This document shows, one piece after another, positions 12,848 through 25,039 of a stretch of DNA of 64,000 nt (within the stretch, counting starts at the first letter, position 1; every line of letters begins with the position of its first letter). The translations under genes and the position numbers were made by a program. The notes beneath the pieces were generated by a model. The model had not been told where the DNA came from. It saw only the letters and a list, made by a program, of their open reading frames with translations, and did no database searches. The stretch lies in assembly GCF_036321535.1 (NCBI RefSeq), contig NC_087464.1, forward strand, positions 16,616,001 to 16,680,000, written 5' to 3'. The DNA comes from Camelus dromedarius. Taxonomy: Eukaryota.

Positions 12848-15731
12848 TCACAGGACAATCTTAAAGGAGCTGAATAAAAGAAGAGTGCACTGGGTTTTCT
12901 GCTAGAAAAGGAGGGTAGGGACTAAACCGAAACTTACCCACCTCTCCCCCAGGACCCTTTGGAATGAGCTAGGTACCATATCTGTGAGTTCCCTTCAGAA
13001 GAAGAGCTACTGTAAGGTATTCAGAGGAAGAAGGAGGCTTTCTCTCACCCCAGGTACCACCTGTCATAATAATGTCCCAGACCCGATGCAGCAGATGGGG
13101 ACCACAGTCATACCTGGCAAAGTCTGGTGAGCGGGAGATGACATGCTGGAACTCAGAGAGATTGATGGTTCCATCCCTATCAATGTCGGACTCTTCTAGG
13201 ATCTGGGAAAGGGAAAGCTTCAGGCCAAAGCCCAACCCTTCCCTCCTGCTCCCTGCCCCGGAGCAGCCTGGCCCAGCTGCTCACATTGTCAATGAGCTGT
13301 TTCATCTCTGAAGCGCTGAGCCGTGTGTCCTCACCCTCTCCTGTAAGGCAGTTCACAAGCTGGCTCAGGTCTTCTCTGTTCAAGGTTCCATCATCATCAA
13401 AATCTAGAGAGCAGACACAGGAAGCCGAAAAGGATGTGGTCAGGATGAGCTCCAAGGCTCCATGAATGACCTCCAGCTCCCAAGTAGTACCACTGCAAAG
13501 ACCGCTTGGGAAGGGCTAGTGTTCCACCCGGCTCCTGGTCCTTACCAAAGATGCGAAAGGCATAGTGGGACTTGATGTCTGGGGTTGCTGTGTCACTGAA
13601 CACACTGAGGAGGTCCAAGAAGTCCTCAAAGCTCAGGCTGTCTCTGTTTGGGGATGTGGAGAAGACCCTGCAGATTCGCTCCTTGAAGGGGTTGGCCTAG
13701 GCAAGAAAACCCTCTATGAACGCCATGGAACGCAGCCTAAGTCACACACTCCAACCCCACCAAGAACTGGAGGGAGCAGTTCAGGATTGCGGGGGAGAAC
13801 GATCAGCACTTTGGGGCCAGCATGGAAGGCAGGGAGACCAATGTGACTCAGCTGGGGAAGGGACAGGGATGGCTTCCTGGCAGTCAGAGCTTAACCCAAA
13901 GGCAAGCCTGGCAGCAGAAAAGGAAGAGGAAAGCATCCTAAGCAAAGAGAAGAAGATGGGCTGATTATTTTAAAACACATTTAATTGAGCACTTACTGTC
14001 TTACAGGCACTAGGCCAGTCACTTTGTGTACAAATTTTCCCAGCAGCCCTATGGAAAGGCAATCAACCTCGGGGATAGGATTTCTCAAAATAAGGTAATT
14101 CAACTCCTCTTAACAGACAAAACTTCTTTGAACCTCCAAGAATGTGTCTGAGAATCTCAGTTTGAAAACATCCTTCTAGATAATTCCCCTGGATAATTTT
14201 GGTAAAGCCCTAGCCCCCAGGAAATTGGGGCTAACCAGATAAAAGACTAGAATGGGGACCAGTGATGGCATGATCTCAAAAGGAGTAGCAGAGGGAGGCT
14301 AGGGGGCTGGCACCTTGAGTTCTGGAAGGCTGAGGATCTGTTCCAAGGACACCCGTGCCTGCAGTGACTCCTCCACACCCCGGTGCTCCAGGGGAAGCAG
14401 CTCACAAAACCGCCTGTGGGCTCTGGCAGAAGGAGGGGAAACTGTTGGTGCGCCTTCCTGGGTGCATTACATCCCCACTCCTTGCCTTGCTACCCATCAT
14501 AAACCAGGTGAGGAGCTAAGCCCCAGACATTGAACTTCTGAGTCTCAGGCATGATAAGCCGAAAGCAGCTATATCACAAGGCAGTACAGACTGGGAGTCC
14601 ATTCTTGTAATGGGTATTTACTGAGGGCCCTCTGTATCCCAGGCACTGTGCTGGGCCCTGGTTCTAGAGCTCCCCAAGGGATGGAGAGGTCGGGAAGGAG
14701 CCAGAAGCTGGCCCTGAAGACCAGTGGAAAAAGAGCTAAGTTGAAATCTCATTCTCTTTCCAGGAATCTCTTGCTGCTCCTGCAGCTATCCTGAACTGTC
14801 TACGCCTTAGGCCCAACCTCATTCCAATTGGGATGTTTTTTGCCAAGGGAAGCCCAGGAATCTCCTTACTCAATTGCCCAGGCCACAGAAAGCTGGCACC
14901 TGGCTAGGAAAGGGGTTCCTCTTATTCAGAGTGTAGTCTTAGGCAAGTTACCAAACTTATCTGAACCTGTTTCATTGTCCATCTACCTCCCTCGTGAGGG
15001 TTAAGTTAGGTAATGTAGGCAACCACTTAGCACAGTTCCTGGCGCATGGGAAGTACTTCATAAGCGTTAACGGTTACTGTATTATTCTGGTAAAGTTGGG
15101 GAAAGGAGCCTGACTCCGCAAGGCTTCTCTGGCTTTGCCAATAGGCAAAGCAGCCCAGAACTACAGCAGCCCCTGACGGACTGGGACAGGAAGTTCGTTT
15201 ACGCAGAAAGCAATGGAGCGCGGGGTCAAAGAGCGCCCATCTATGGCTGGAGGCTGCGAGGTAGCTCCGCGGTGCATAGCTGGGGCCGCCGGCGCGGGCA
15301 GGTCGGGCGCGCTGGGAACAGGGCATAGCCTAGGGCTGGGGGCCCTGGACTCCAGTTCTGGCTCAACTGCTGACCTCAGGCAGGCCTTGCCCCTCCCTCT
15401 GGCGGGGCCTCAGTGTGCCTATCTGTAAGACAGACAACCACCCCCATCCCCCGTCTTGGAAAGCCGTCCCTAGAGGATCCCGGAGGTGAGGTTCGGAAAA
15501 GGACTTACAGTAGGATCTCCTGCTTGGTCAGGAACGTCAAATCCTGGAAGGCAAAACAAGACAGGAGGTCAGTGGGCCGCCGGGAGGCCAGAGGCCGCTC
15601 CCGCCCTGCCGATACTCAGGAACCCCTCTCCCGAGCGCAGAGCCGCGCGCAAGCTCCCTAGAGACCGGTGTCTCGCGCACCTGGTACTCGGCCAGCAGCT
15701 CCTTGGACAAGCGACTGCCAGAGCCCCCCAT
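12848..15731 (-). CDS. CIB1: Calcium and integrin-binding protein 1 (191 aa)
   Basis: Exons on the minus strand: 15731-15681, 15543-15509, 14422-14314, 13696-13546, 13403-13285, 13202-13114, 12869-12848. Myristoylation start MGGSGSRLSKELLAEYQ, EF-hand loops DFDDDGTLNRED and DIDRDGTINLSE, end SSFKIVL*. Confidence 0.98.
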
Positions 15732-16270
15732 CGCCTCGCCGCGCGCACAGCTCCGCCAACTCGTCTCGGGACGCCGGCAACTTTCTCACTTCCGCCCTCG
15801 GGCCGCGTCACCACCCGGTCCCCGCGGCAACCGCTCCAGGGGCCACCGTCCCCGGGCCCGCCCCCTCCTTGAAGTTTCCAGGCGCTCCCAGCCCGGTTCA
15901 GCCTGCCGGATCCCGGTTCCGGGTGGTCCCTGGCCAGCTGGAGGCGGGGCCCGGGGCGGGGCCGGACGCTCCGGGGCGGGGCCCAGGCCTCACGGCCCCG
16001 CCTCCTGGGTGGGCGGGGCGGGCCGCGGCTCGTGCTTTTTTGCGTGCAGGCTGCGCATGCGTTAAGGGCGCCAAGACGTCGGTATGGCCCGAGTCGGAGC
16101 CTGCAGGAAGTCGCGTGCTGCATCCGCCTCACCTGCAGTAGGTGGTGACGGCCACGGCGACCTTGGGCGGAGTCTGGTAAGGGGCATCAGGGAAGTCTCT
16201 GGAGCCAGGGTAACCGAAAAACCTCAAGACTCGCTGAGTGACCCGACGCTGTCGCTTGCCCGTCTGCCGA
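15560..16270. promoter_or_regulatory. CpG-island bidirectional promoter shared by CIB1 (-) and GDPGP1 (+)
   Basis: High CpG density, several GGGGCGGGGC Sp/KLF boxes (about 15940-16020) and an NRF1-like TGCGCATGCG at 16052-16061, with head-to-head gene geometry. Confidence 0.85.
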
Positions 16271-16451
16271 GCGAGGGCTTTTCCACCCAGAGACGTTGCC
16301 ACCCGGCACTTCCTATACATGTATTGCAACCCTCATTCTACCTCTCCAGAAATAACCATAACCTTGCTGCCTACTGAGGCTGTTTACTGAGGGTCCACTG
16401 AATGCCAAGCGCTGCGCATGATTAGCTTGATTCTTACAACAGTTCTGCAAG
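16084..16451 (+). other. GDPGP1: Putative upstream exons of GDPGP1 (exon A ending at 16176; cassette exon B 16350-16451)
   Basis: Donor CTG|GTAAGG at 16176/7, acceptor tctacctctccAG| at 16349/50, donor AAG|GTAAGT at 16451/2. The coding-exon acceptor is tttcAG| at 21728/9. The TSS is not determinable from sequence. Confidence 0.55.
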
Positions 16452-18759
16452 GTAAGTTCTCGTTTTACAAATGTGGAAATGCAGAGGTTCATTGTGGTTC
16501 AGTGACTTGTACAGGCTCCGGCATTTAGAAAGCAGTCCCTCCAATCTAAGGCTGTTTTTCAGGGCTCCCCACTGCTGTCCTCTGACCCCACCCTGCGCCC
16601 AGACTGCTTGCTCAGGGGAGGTAGGGACTGAAGCTGACCTCTTTGCCCTTGTCCCTTCTCAATCTCTAGGACAATGCTTGACACATAGTAGGCTCTCAAT
16701 ATTTATTGGATGCATGCATAAATGAATGAATCTACACTATTCCAAAAGGTGAGGATTACAACGTGCTGAGTTGAGGAAGTGGAGCTGAGATTAATTCTCT
16801 TTTTGTTTTCAGCTTTATTGAGGTATAATTGACAAAATTGTAGGAATTAATTCCTGATTCTTTCAATTCATTCCACTTGCTGATCTTTGTAAAGTCTGAA
16901 TATGAGCATGTCAGTCTCAGTTTAAAGCCTTTAAGGGGTTAAATACCAAATAGCAGCCCTCTGTAATCTGACTTCAGCCTCTTTCTCTTTCTGCTCAGGC
17001 TTTCTGTGTTTCAGCCACTATGGGCTCTCAGTTCCTCTTCTGTCTTATCCTCAGGGAATCCTTTCCTGATTCCCTAGACTAGATTAGGAATCTGTCTTGC
17101 AGAGTACCCAGTGCTTCTGGACAGCATGCTATCATGTTTGCAATCTGTATTTGCTTGGGTGATGATTGGGTTAATGTCTGTTTCCCCCACTAGACTGCAT
17201 GCCCCATGAGGGGCGATGAAAATCATGATCTCCAGGACCTGATATGTGGCAGTTGTGGAGTAAATGCTTGCTGAGTGACTAATTTTCCCGGCACCCAAAA
17301 ATAAGGTGATCATCTGAGAGTGACTTAGTAAGACTCAGATATCAACCTGTGAGTCCCACCATTGTAGAAATACCCCATTCTGGAAAGTAGAGGCTACAGA
17401 GCAGTGGGAATACCAAAACTAGTCAAGTGACTGGAGTGTGGTCCCTTGACTGTTGGCTCTTTCTGTCCAAGAAAGGGTTGGTCTTCAGTTAGTTAAAGGT
17501 AAAGAGCAAGAAGCTGTCACAGTGTCTCCTGTGCTAAACTGAGGAGAGGGAGTGCTGGGCAGCCAAGGCGAATCCCTGGACTTGTTGCTGAGACTCTCAC
17601 TTCATGGTGAAAATGTGGGAATTGGCTGTGTGCCGTAGTGACCAGCTATGATCTAGATCTCCCAGCCACCTCACTTGACTGAACCCTTCTTTATTGAACA
17701 ACCTTTTGATTATAATTTTGCTTCCTGGTAGATTTCTGTATGGAGGAGGGGCTGTACCAACCAGACAATAAGAACATTTTGTGCCATTTGGCATGATTCT
17801 CATTATAAATTATTAAATAGTCATTCTGAGTCAGCCAGCCATCCCTGGTGAGACTGGTTAGCTGATTGTCCTTCCTGTGCCTGATCAACCCTTGAAATAG
17901 TGATGAAACTGGCTGACTTAAAAATAGCTTCTAGTGCTGCTTGTTATAAAATTATTTTGTTTCTTGATTGGATCTTGTACAAGTTTGCTCACTGATCATA
18001 TTTTGCCAATGCTTGGATTTTGAATTCCACCTTTTTTGTTTAGTTTTTTTCCCAAGACATTTTTTTCCCTGCTTGTGGTATTGTTTTCCTCTTCCTGTTT
18101 TCCTTGAGATGTTAGATAGGATGGCCACACGAAGTTTCTCTGAGGCAGTGACATTTGATCTGAGACCTGAAGGAGCCAGCCATAGAAGGAAATCTGGGAC
18201 AAGGGTATTTTTGGCCAAAAGAACAGAAAGCTCCAAGGTCCTGAAGAGAAACAAGTTTAGGAAGAGTGAGAAGCAGAGTAGGCAAGGGGAAGAGGGGTAT
18301 GAGAAGAGGTGAGAGAGGGAGGCACAGCTAAGCCTTGAGAGCCCAGAGGCCATGATGAGGAGACTTTGTTCTAGAGGTTCAAGGTCACATCACTAGTGAA
18401 TGGTAGAACTACAATTCAGACACCTTGTCAGCCTCCAAAACTTAATCTCTCACCTTTCTCCCGGGATGATACCCACTGCACAGGCTTATTGTGAAAGTCA
18501 CCTAAGCGGATTTGGAAAGCCCCCAGCCCATAGCTGGCATGATAAAGATATGCAACTAGTGGTCCCTTTCTCTTCTTATAAAGATTCTGTCCTGTCAGTG
18601 GTCACCATGATTTGTCACTTAAGTATTCCTCTTTATTCCTAGGTAATACTCTTTGCCTCCTAGTTCACTTTAACTTAATTACAACTGTACCTACTTTCAA
18701 TTGATTCTGTTGACCAATATGTCTTTACTTATATTTTTAGTCTTTTGGTGTCACCTTGG

Positions 18760-19910
18760 TCCTAGGTCCTTGGTCCCTCTCCCTGGGTTTTAATGTTATT
18801 CCAAATTTGTACCCAGCCCAGACCTTACCCTTGACCTCCAGGTTTGACTATCCAGCTGCTGACACCACTTCTCTTGGATGCCCAGGCTACATCTCAAACT
18901 CAAGAATCAAAACTGAACTCTTGATCTCTCTCTTCCTCTAGTCACCCTATCCCCACCCCACCTCCCCAGCCTCCTCACCTCTGTAAATGCCGCTGCTGCC
19001 GCACCCGCTTCCTGGAGCCGAGTTGCTCCCAGTTCTTCCCTTTCTGTCAGTCCCCAGAGTCAGCATGTCAGCAGGCCCTGTTAGTTCAGGCTTCAACATG
19101 ACCCATACCGCCAGCTCCTCTCTCTCTCTATTGCCATCTGTGTTGTCCAGTCACCCTCATCCCTCACCTGGCCTTCAGAGAGGCCTCCAAAATGGTCTCT
19201 GCTTCCCCTTTGCTCCCCCTACAATCCACTTTCCACACAACAGTTAGGAAAGGTTTATAAAATACCAGACGATCCTCATGCTTAGAACCTGCCAGTGATT
19301 TCTTACTGTTTAGAATAAAATCCATCTCCTGGGAGGAGGGTATAGCTCAGTGGTGGAGCATCTGCTTAGCATGCACAAGGTCCTGGGTTCAGTTCCTAGT
19401 ACTGCCATTTAATTAATTAATTAATTAATTAATTAAAAATTCCATCTCCTGACCAAGGCCCTGCAGCTAATCTGGCCTCCCCCTCCAGCTTCATCTGGGG
19501 CCCTCATCTCCCCTTTGTCAGCCACGCTCCAGTAACACTGGCTTGTTTTCTGTTCCTTGAACAGGCCGAGCACCTGCCCAACTCAGGGCCTTGGACTTGC
19601 AGTTTTCTTTGCCTAGAGCACACTTTCCTCAGCTCTTCACTGGGGGCCTCTTCTCATCCTTCATATCTCAGCTCAGCTGTCATCTCAGAGCCCTGCCCCA
19701 CCCTCTTGTAGATGTAGGATGCCCTGATCCCCCTCCTCTGTTGTATCACTTGTTTATTTCCCACCAAATGCTATCACCATGGGGAGTCAATGTGTTCCTT
19801 TTGCTTATCATCTGACTCCACCCCAGGATGTAAGTGCCATAAGGATAGGGACTTTGTTCTCCTTATTTGTGACCGTGTCCTCATTGCCTCATACACAGCA
19901 TTACTCCATA
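18760..19910 (+). mobile_element. L2 LINE remnant interrupted by a SINE (approximate bounds)
   Basis: C/T-rich L2 sense text (caaaactgaactc..., cagggccttggacttgc...). Confidence 0.6.
19332..19440 (+). mobile_element. tRNA-Ala-derived SINE with (TTAA)n tail
   Basis: A and B boxes; TSD tccatctcctg at 19321-19331 and 19441-19451. Confidence 0.92.
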
Positions 19911-20106
19911 AGTACTTGGGTTTTGTGGCTTAGCTGAACATGGAGCAGGGTGCCTGGAAGACGTGCCCCCAGAATGTCAGCAGTAGGGATGAGATAGGCA
20001 TTGAACCTGAATAAATTAATGAATGAATGAGAGAGTAAGTGAATACTGTCTTAAGTTTAGCTCAGCAAATTACTGGATTTCTGAAATCTATTTTGAGACT
20101 CACTTA

Positions 20107-20800
20107 AAATTTTTTTTAATTGTGGTAAAATTATATAATATAAAATTTACCATCTTGACCTTTTTAAAATTGTGGTTAAAAAACACTTAGTGTAAAATTT
20201 AACACTGTAACCATTTCTAAGTGTATAGTTCCATAGTGTTAAGTATATTCAGACTGTCTGGTAGCCAATCTCCAGAACTCTTTTCATCTTGCAAAACTGA
20301 AACTCTAGACCCATTAGTCAATAAACAATTCCTCAGTCTCACCTCCCCACGACCCCTGGGAACCACCATTCTACTTTCTGTCTCTATGAATTTGACCACT
20401 CTAGGTACCTTATATAAGTGGAATCATACAATTTTTGTCCTTTTATGGCTGATTTCATTTGGCATGATATCCCCAAGGTTCATCCATGTTACAGCATATG
20501 TCTGCATTTCCTTCCTCTNNNNNNNNNNNNNNNNNNNNNNNNNNNNNNNNNNNNNNNNNNNNNNNNNNNNNNNNNNNNNNNNNNNNNNNNNNNNNNNNNN
20601 NNNNNNNNNNNNNNNNNNNNNNNNNNNNNNNNNNNNNNNNNNNNNNNNNNNNCTTTGATACCCTGCTTTTAATTCTTTTGGAAGAACTATTTCTAAGTAT
20701 AGTTCAGTAGTGTTAAGTATTTTCACATTGTTTTGCCACCAATCTCTCGAGCTTTTTCATCTTACAAACTAAAACTCTATACCCATTAAACTCAGTTTGA
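20107..20800 (-). mobile_element. Old L1 (L1MB-like) 3' end fragments spanning the assembly gap
   Basis: Typical antisense L1M 3' UTR text (aaaatttaccatc...aagtggaatcataca...ttcatccatgtt). Confidence 0.7.
20519..20652. other. Assembly gap (134 N)
   Basis: Run of N. Confidence 1.
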
Positions 20801-21737
20801 CTTTTAATATGTCATTTTGTATGTTTTGTATTTTATTAATGTGAAGTTTCTGGACCAGCAGAGCTGAGGATACCAAAACTTGTTCTGAAGCAACTATTGA
20901 GGTAAACCTTGTTCTGAAGTCCTATCTGGGCCAACAGCAGGCCGTCTCCCTGACACCTCTGGGTCTGCAGGGCTCCCGGGGCCCAGTGGAAGACGAAGAC
21001 AGGCATAGATTTCTACCTTAAAGGATTGACCCAGGGCACTTATGCACACATTGGGACATCCTCACCCAAATGATTCTACGCATGGCCATTTGGAATCACT
21101 ACCCAACAGTGGAAAAGCTATTCTCACAAAAGGAGTAGTCAGCTTTGAAACCCTGGCCATCCTCATGTACTGGAACACTGGTACAGTTTCCTGGAGGGCA
21201 GCTTGACCTGAGCCGTGAGCCTACTCTGACCCAGCGATCTACTAAGATTTTATTTTAAAAGAAAATAAAAACATCTGCAAAGATAGATGCATAGGATGTT
21301 CATCACAACATTGTGTATAATAGTATAAAATTGGCAACAACCTAAATGTACAAGTTAAACGTTGGTTAAAAAATCAAGACCCATCTACATGTGAAATTGA
21401 GGTTAAACGTAAATTGCGATTTTCCCCTGGGCATTGGATAAGGTTGTATTTTATCTTTATTTTTTTCCTCCATTAAGAAAGTTTACTCAATATATATAAT
21501 TTATAGAAATAAAACAATTTTGATTTATATTTTTAATTCAGCAAAAAAATATGCTAATCTGCAGGTGAGTGAATTATGAGTGATTTCTGTATTTTCATAA
21601 TATTTTACCAAAGGCATGTATTAACTTTTTGTAATCAGAACAAACAGTAAAGGTTATTTGAAAATAAAAATAAGATCTCTGGAAATGGCATATTATCATG
21701 CATTTTTCGCCTCTTATGATTGTTTCAGGTCAGCCCC

Positions 21738-22895
21738 ATGGCTATTTCACATGATTCAAATGAAACTTCCTATTTGCTACCTCCAAACACTGAGGACTGG
21801 GAAGGACACAACATTCCTGACTTTGTCTACGGGCAGAAGGAACTTGTGCCAGAAGGGATTCAGTGGCCGAGGAACACACCCAGCCTCCCAGACACACTGC
21901 CACTGTCTCGCTTTGACTCTGCACTCTGCTCGGCCTGGAGGCAGCGGATGGAACTGGGGCTGTTCCGTTACCGCCTAGGGGAGCTGCAGACCCGAACCCT
22001 CCCTGGTGCTGTGGGTTTTGTGGCTCAGCTGAATGTGGAGCGAGGTGTGCAGAGAAGGCGCCCCCAGAACATCAGGAGTGTGAGGCAGGCGTTTGACCCT
22101 GAACAGTTTAACTTCAATAAGATCCGGCCAGGAGAAGTCCTCTTCCATTTGCACCGGGAACCCGATCTCCCTGGTGTGCTCCAGCAAGAGGATATCCTTG
22201 TGGTGATCAACGTCAGCCCCCTGGAGTGGGGCCACGTGCTGCTGGTACCTGAGCCCGCCCGAGGGCTCCCCCAGCGCCTGCTGCCAGGGGCACTGCGGGC
22301 TGGGGTCGAGGCCGTGCTACTGAGCTCACACCCGGGCTTCCGCGTTGGCTTCAACAGCCTAGGTGGCCTGGCCTCGGTGAACCATCTCCACCTGCATGGC
22401 TATTACCTGGCGCACAGACTGCCTGTGGAGGGGGCCCCCAGCAAACCCCTGGACCCTGGGGGCCGTCTGCATCTGCTCCAGGCCCTCCCAGCTCCTGGCT
22501 TTCTTTTTTACACTAGCAGCCCAGGACCTGACTTGGAAGCCTTGATAAGCAGGGTCTGTCGGGCCACTGACTATCTGACTGACCACGAGATTGCACATAA
22601 CTTGTTTGTGACCCGGGGGGGCCCACCTGGAAAGACATCGTCTTCCTCAGCCCTTACAGGGGTCCGAGTAATTCTGTGGGCCCGGAAGCCCAGCTTTGGA
22701 GTAAAGGAAGGCGAGGCGTTCAATGTTGCCCTCTGTGAGCTGGCCGGGCACCTCCCTGTCAAAATGTCCCAGGACTTCAGCAGCCTAACAGAGGCAGCTG
22801 CTCTGGCTCTCATCCGAGACTGTCTGCTGCCCCCAGTCCAGGCAGAAGAGGTACAGGCAGCACTGGTAGCCTTGACAGCCCAGGAGGAGCAGTAA
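21738..22895 (+). CDS. GDPGP1: GDP-D-glucose phosphorylase 1 (385 aa, single coding exon)
   Basis: ATG at 21738 ([16 protein letters not shown]...EEQ*). HIT-like motif HLHLH is encoded at 22383-22397 (H216-H220). A splice acceptor lies 9 nt upstream of the ATG. Confidence 0.97.
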   Translation: MAISHDSNETSYLLPPNTEDWEGHNIPDFVYGQKELVPEGIQWPRNTPSLPDTLPLSRFDSALCSAWRQRMELGLFRYRLGELQTRTLPGAVGFVAQLNVERGVQRRRPQNIRSVRQAFDPEQFNFNKIRPGEVLFHLHREPDLPGVLQQEDILVVINVSPLEWGHVLLVPEPARGLPQRLLPGALRAGVEAVLLSSHPGFRVGFNSLGGLASVNHLHLHGYYLAHRLPVEGAPSKPLDPGGRLHLLQALPAPGFLFYTSSPGPDLEALISRVCRATDYLTDHEIAHNLFVTRGGPPGKTSSSSALTGVRVILWARKPSFGVKEGEAFNVALCELAGHLPVKMSQDFSSLTEAAALALIRDCLLPPVQAEEVQAALVALTAQEEQ

Positions 22896-23056
22896 TCCTT
22901 CCAGAAGTATTTATTTTGTAACTGAGCTAAGTCTTTTTCCAGAGAGCTGTCCCTCATGGTCATGTGGCCACTTTCACGAATGCCTTCTCACCTGTCTCAG
23001 CCTAAGGGGAGGGATAAGAACTGGTAAGTGGTCTCTTTAAAGAGGAGAAACCTGGG

Positions 23057-23062
23057 AATAAA
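23057..23062 (+). terminator. Candidate proximal poly(A) signal of GDPGP1 (second AATAAA at 23633-23638)
   Basis: AATAAA 160 nt after the stop. Confidence 0.45.
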
Positions 23063-24256
23063 TCGAATGAATGAGCCCTGGTGGATGTATCTGTTGCTTT
23101 TCACCTTTCTTCTTAGACAAGCCCCAGGGATGTCAAACCTATAGTTACAAAGGGAGTGTGTTCAAGAGTTACACACTCCTGACTTTATATGTGCAGACTT
23201 TCCCTTTTGTATCAAGTCTTAGCAAAGTGATAGTTTAATCACTTCCTCTGTTCTTGCCTCTCTGCTCGGTCTTCCTTTGCCCCCCACTGAGTTTTATTTC
23301 TTCATCCTATCCCTCCACCCGATTTGGCTCCCCCATCCATTTGCCCCTGTTGTAGCACATTCTTCGCCCACCTAGCCACCTTGAATTTTCCTACATCCCC
23401 AACGCTGAGCTGAATGTTCTCATTTCATGTGAAAACAAGGTGTCCTCACAACTTGAAAGTTGCAGGTCCTCTTAATACCCCCTTTTAACAGGTGAAGAGA
23501 ACAGGTTTAACAGATGACAGAGGTTTAGTAACCTGTCCAAGTAGCTCAAAAGTAGTGCAGTCAGGACTGCAGCACAGGGCAGTCAGACACCAGAAGCTGC
23601 TGGGGCTGTGCACGTACGACCGACTGCCAGTTAATAAAGTCTCACTGGGATAAGGCAGAATATGCATCACAACCCATTTCATAAGAAAAAGTTTAAAATT
23701 TAAACTCCTATAAAGAATTTTTGGTCACCTTCATGTTTTTGGCAGTGATTTTAGCTTCATGCCTCTTTCTGCAAGGCCTTACCTTGCAGGCTCCAATAAC
23801 ATCACTTTATTTTGCTTGCTCTCTCTCTGAAGGTAGTGCAGATGACCATTATAGCAAAACTGGACTTTGTGTCCAAGGTGATGAGCCCAAATACGAGGAT
23901 TTTCCAGTTTTTCCCTAGGGCTGATGTTTAGAGGAAAGCATTCTCCAGCAAAAAATAAGTTTTTCCATAAAAAATTTTAAAAAGTCGAGTAGGTTTTCTT
24001 TATGGTGGTACTTCTCAGCCACACATACTTTGCGAATCATCAAGAAGGGGATTTAGATGGAAGCTTTTTCTAAGTTTGAATATGGAACACTTAGGAGGCC
24101 CTTTGTAATCAGAGCCCTGAGCTTTGAGCACAGTAGGAAGGTGAGAAGAGATAATCCAGCCCAGGGCCTCTCCACCTCTTTGCTTGCTTTTTAATGGAGG
24201 GTCTCTGATACTAAGGGGTTTTGGACTTGATCTAATGGGAAACTTTGAGAGTTTTA

Positions 24257-24375
24257 GGGAGGAGGATATAGCTCAGTGGTAGAGTGCATGCCTAGCATGC
24301 ATGAGGTCCTGGGTTCAATTCCCAGTACCTATACTGAATAAATAAACCTAATTACCTCCCTCCGTTAAAAAAAAA
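24257..24375 (+). mobile_element. tRNA-Ala-derived SINE
   Basis: tatagctcagtggtagag...gggttcaattcccagtacc plus tail; short TSD agtttta. Confidence 0.9.
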
Positions 24376-25039
24376 GTTTTAAATTGGGGAGCAGCAAGTT
24401 TACATTTTAGAAAGGATACTTAAGCTGCAGTGAATGAATGGATGCAGCAGGGAAGAACAGAATCAGGGAATCCAGTTAAGAGGTTGATGAATGGTGAAAA
24501 TTCAGGCAAGAAATGACGGTTCAGGTACTAGAACAGTGCCTGGAACACTGCTTGTTGAAAGAGTAAGAAAAACGTGTGTCCTGGAAGGTAAGGGACTTAG
24601 AAGCATCTCTAGGAGAGGGTAACAGAGATGATGTCTTTCCAGGTGCCCGTCCCCCATCCTCGGGTCACAAACAAGTTCAAAAAGTCTATGAATGAAAAAT
24701 GACCATGTCTTTTTAAAGGTGGGAAAAATTTTAAGTGTCGTCTAGATTTAGGCACGTGGGATGAACTTAAAATGACAAATTGGGCTGAGTTTGGTAGAGG
24801 TGGTGATCAGAAGTCAAAGTGGCTGGACGTCAGGAAGAGACCACAGTGAAGTCTGATGAGCACCTTGAGGGCATGGGTGCTAATCACGACCGTCCCTCGT
24901 TAAGTGCTGAGACTGTGCTCAAGACATGGTAATTTTAAAAAAATGAAGAAAGGCAAGCAGGTATTTGTCCCGAGCACGACTTGGCCAAATCCGGTGCTTG
25001 GCCTGTGGGTTCAAGGAAAGGATCTGGGTAGGGCTTGAG

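Noticed and set aside
15486-16141. Multiple 120-190 aa ORFs on both strands in the CIB1/GDPGP1 CpG island
   Set aside because: Stop-poor GC-rich DNA with no recognisable domains; only ATG 16084 has splice-supported significance
20221-20726. ORFs spanning the N gap
   Set aside because: Artefacts of translating N as X across an L1 remnant
217-21061. 16-nt inverted match ggatgtcccaatgtgt (217-232) versus 21046-21061
   Set aside because: About one or two such matches are expected by chance in 64 kb
21720-21737. ORF-track start of GDPGP1 at 21720 (391 aa)
   Set aside because: It is a TTG inside the intron upstream of the acceptor at 21728/9; the ATG at 21738 gives the expected 385 aa
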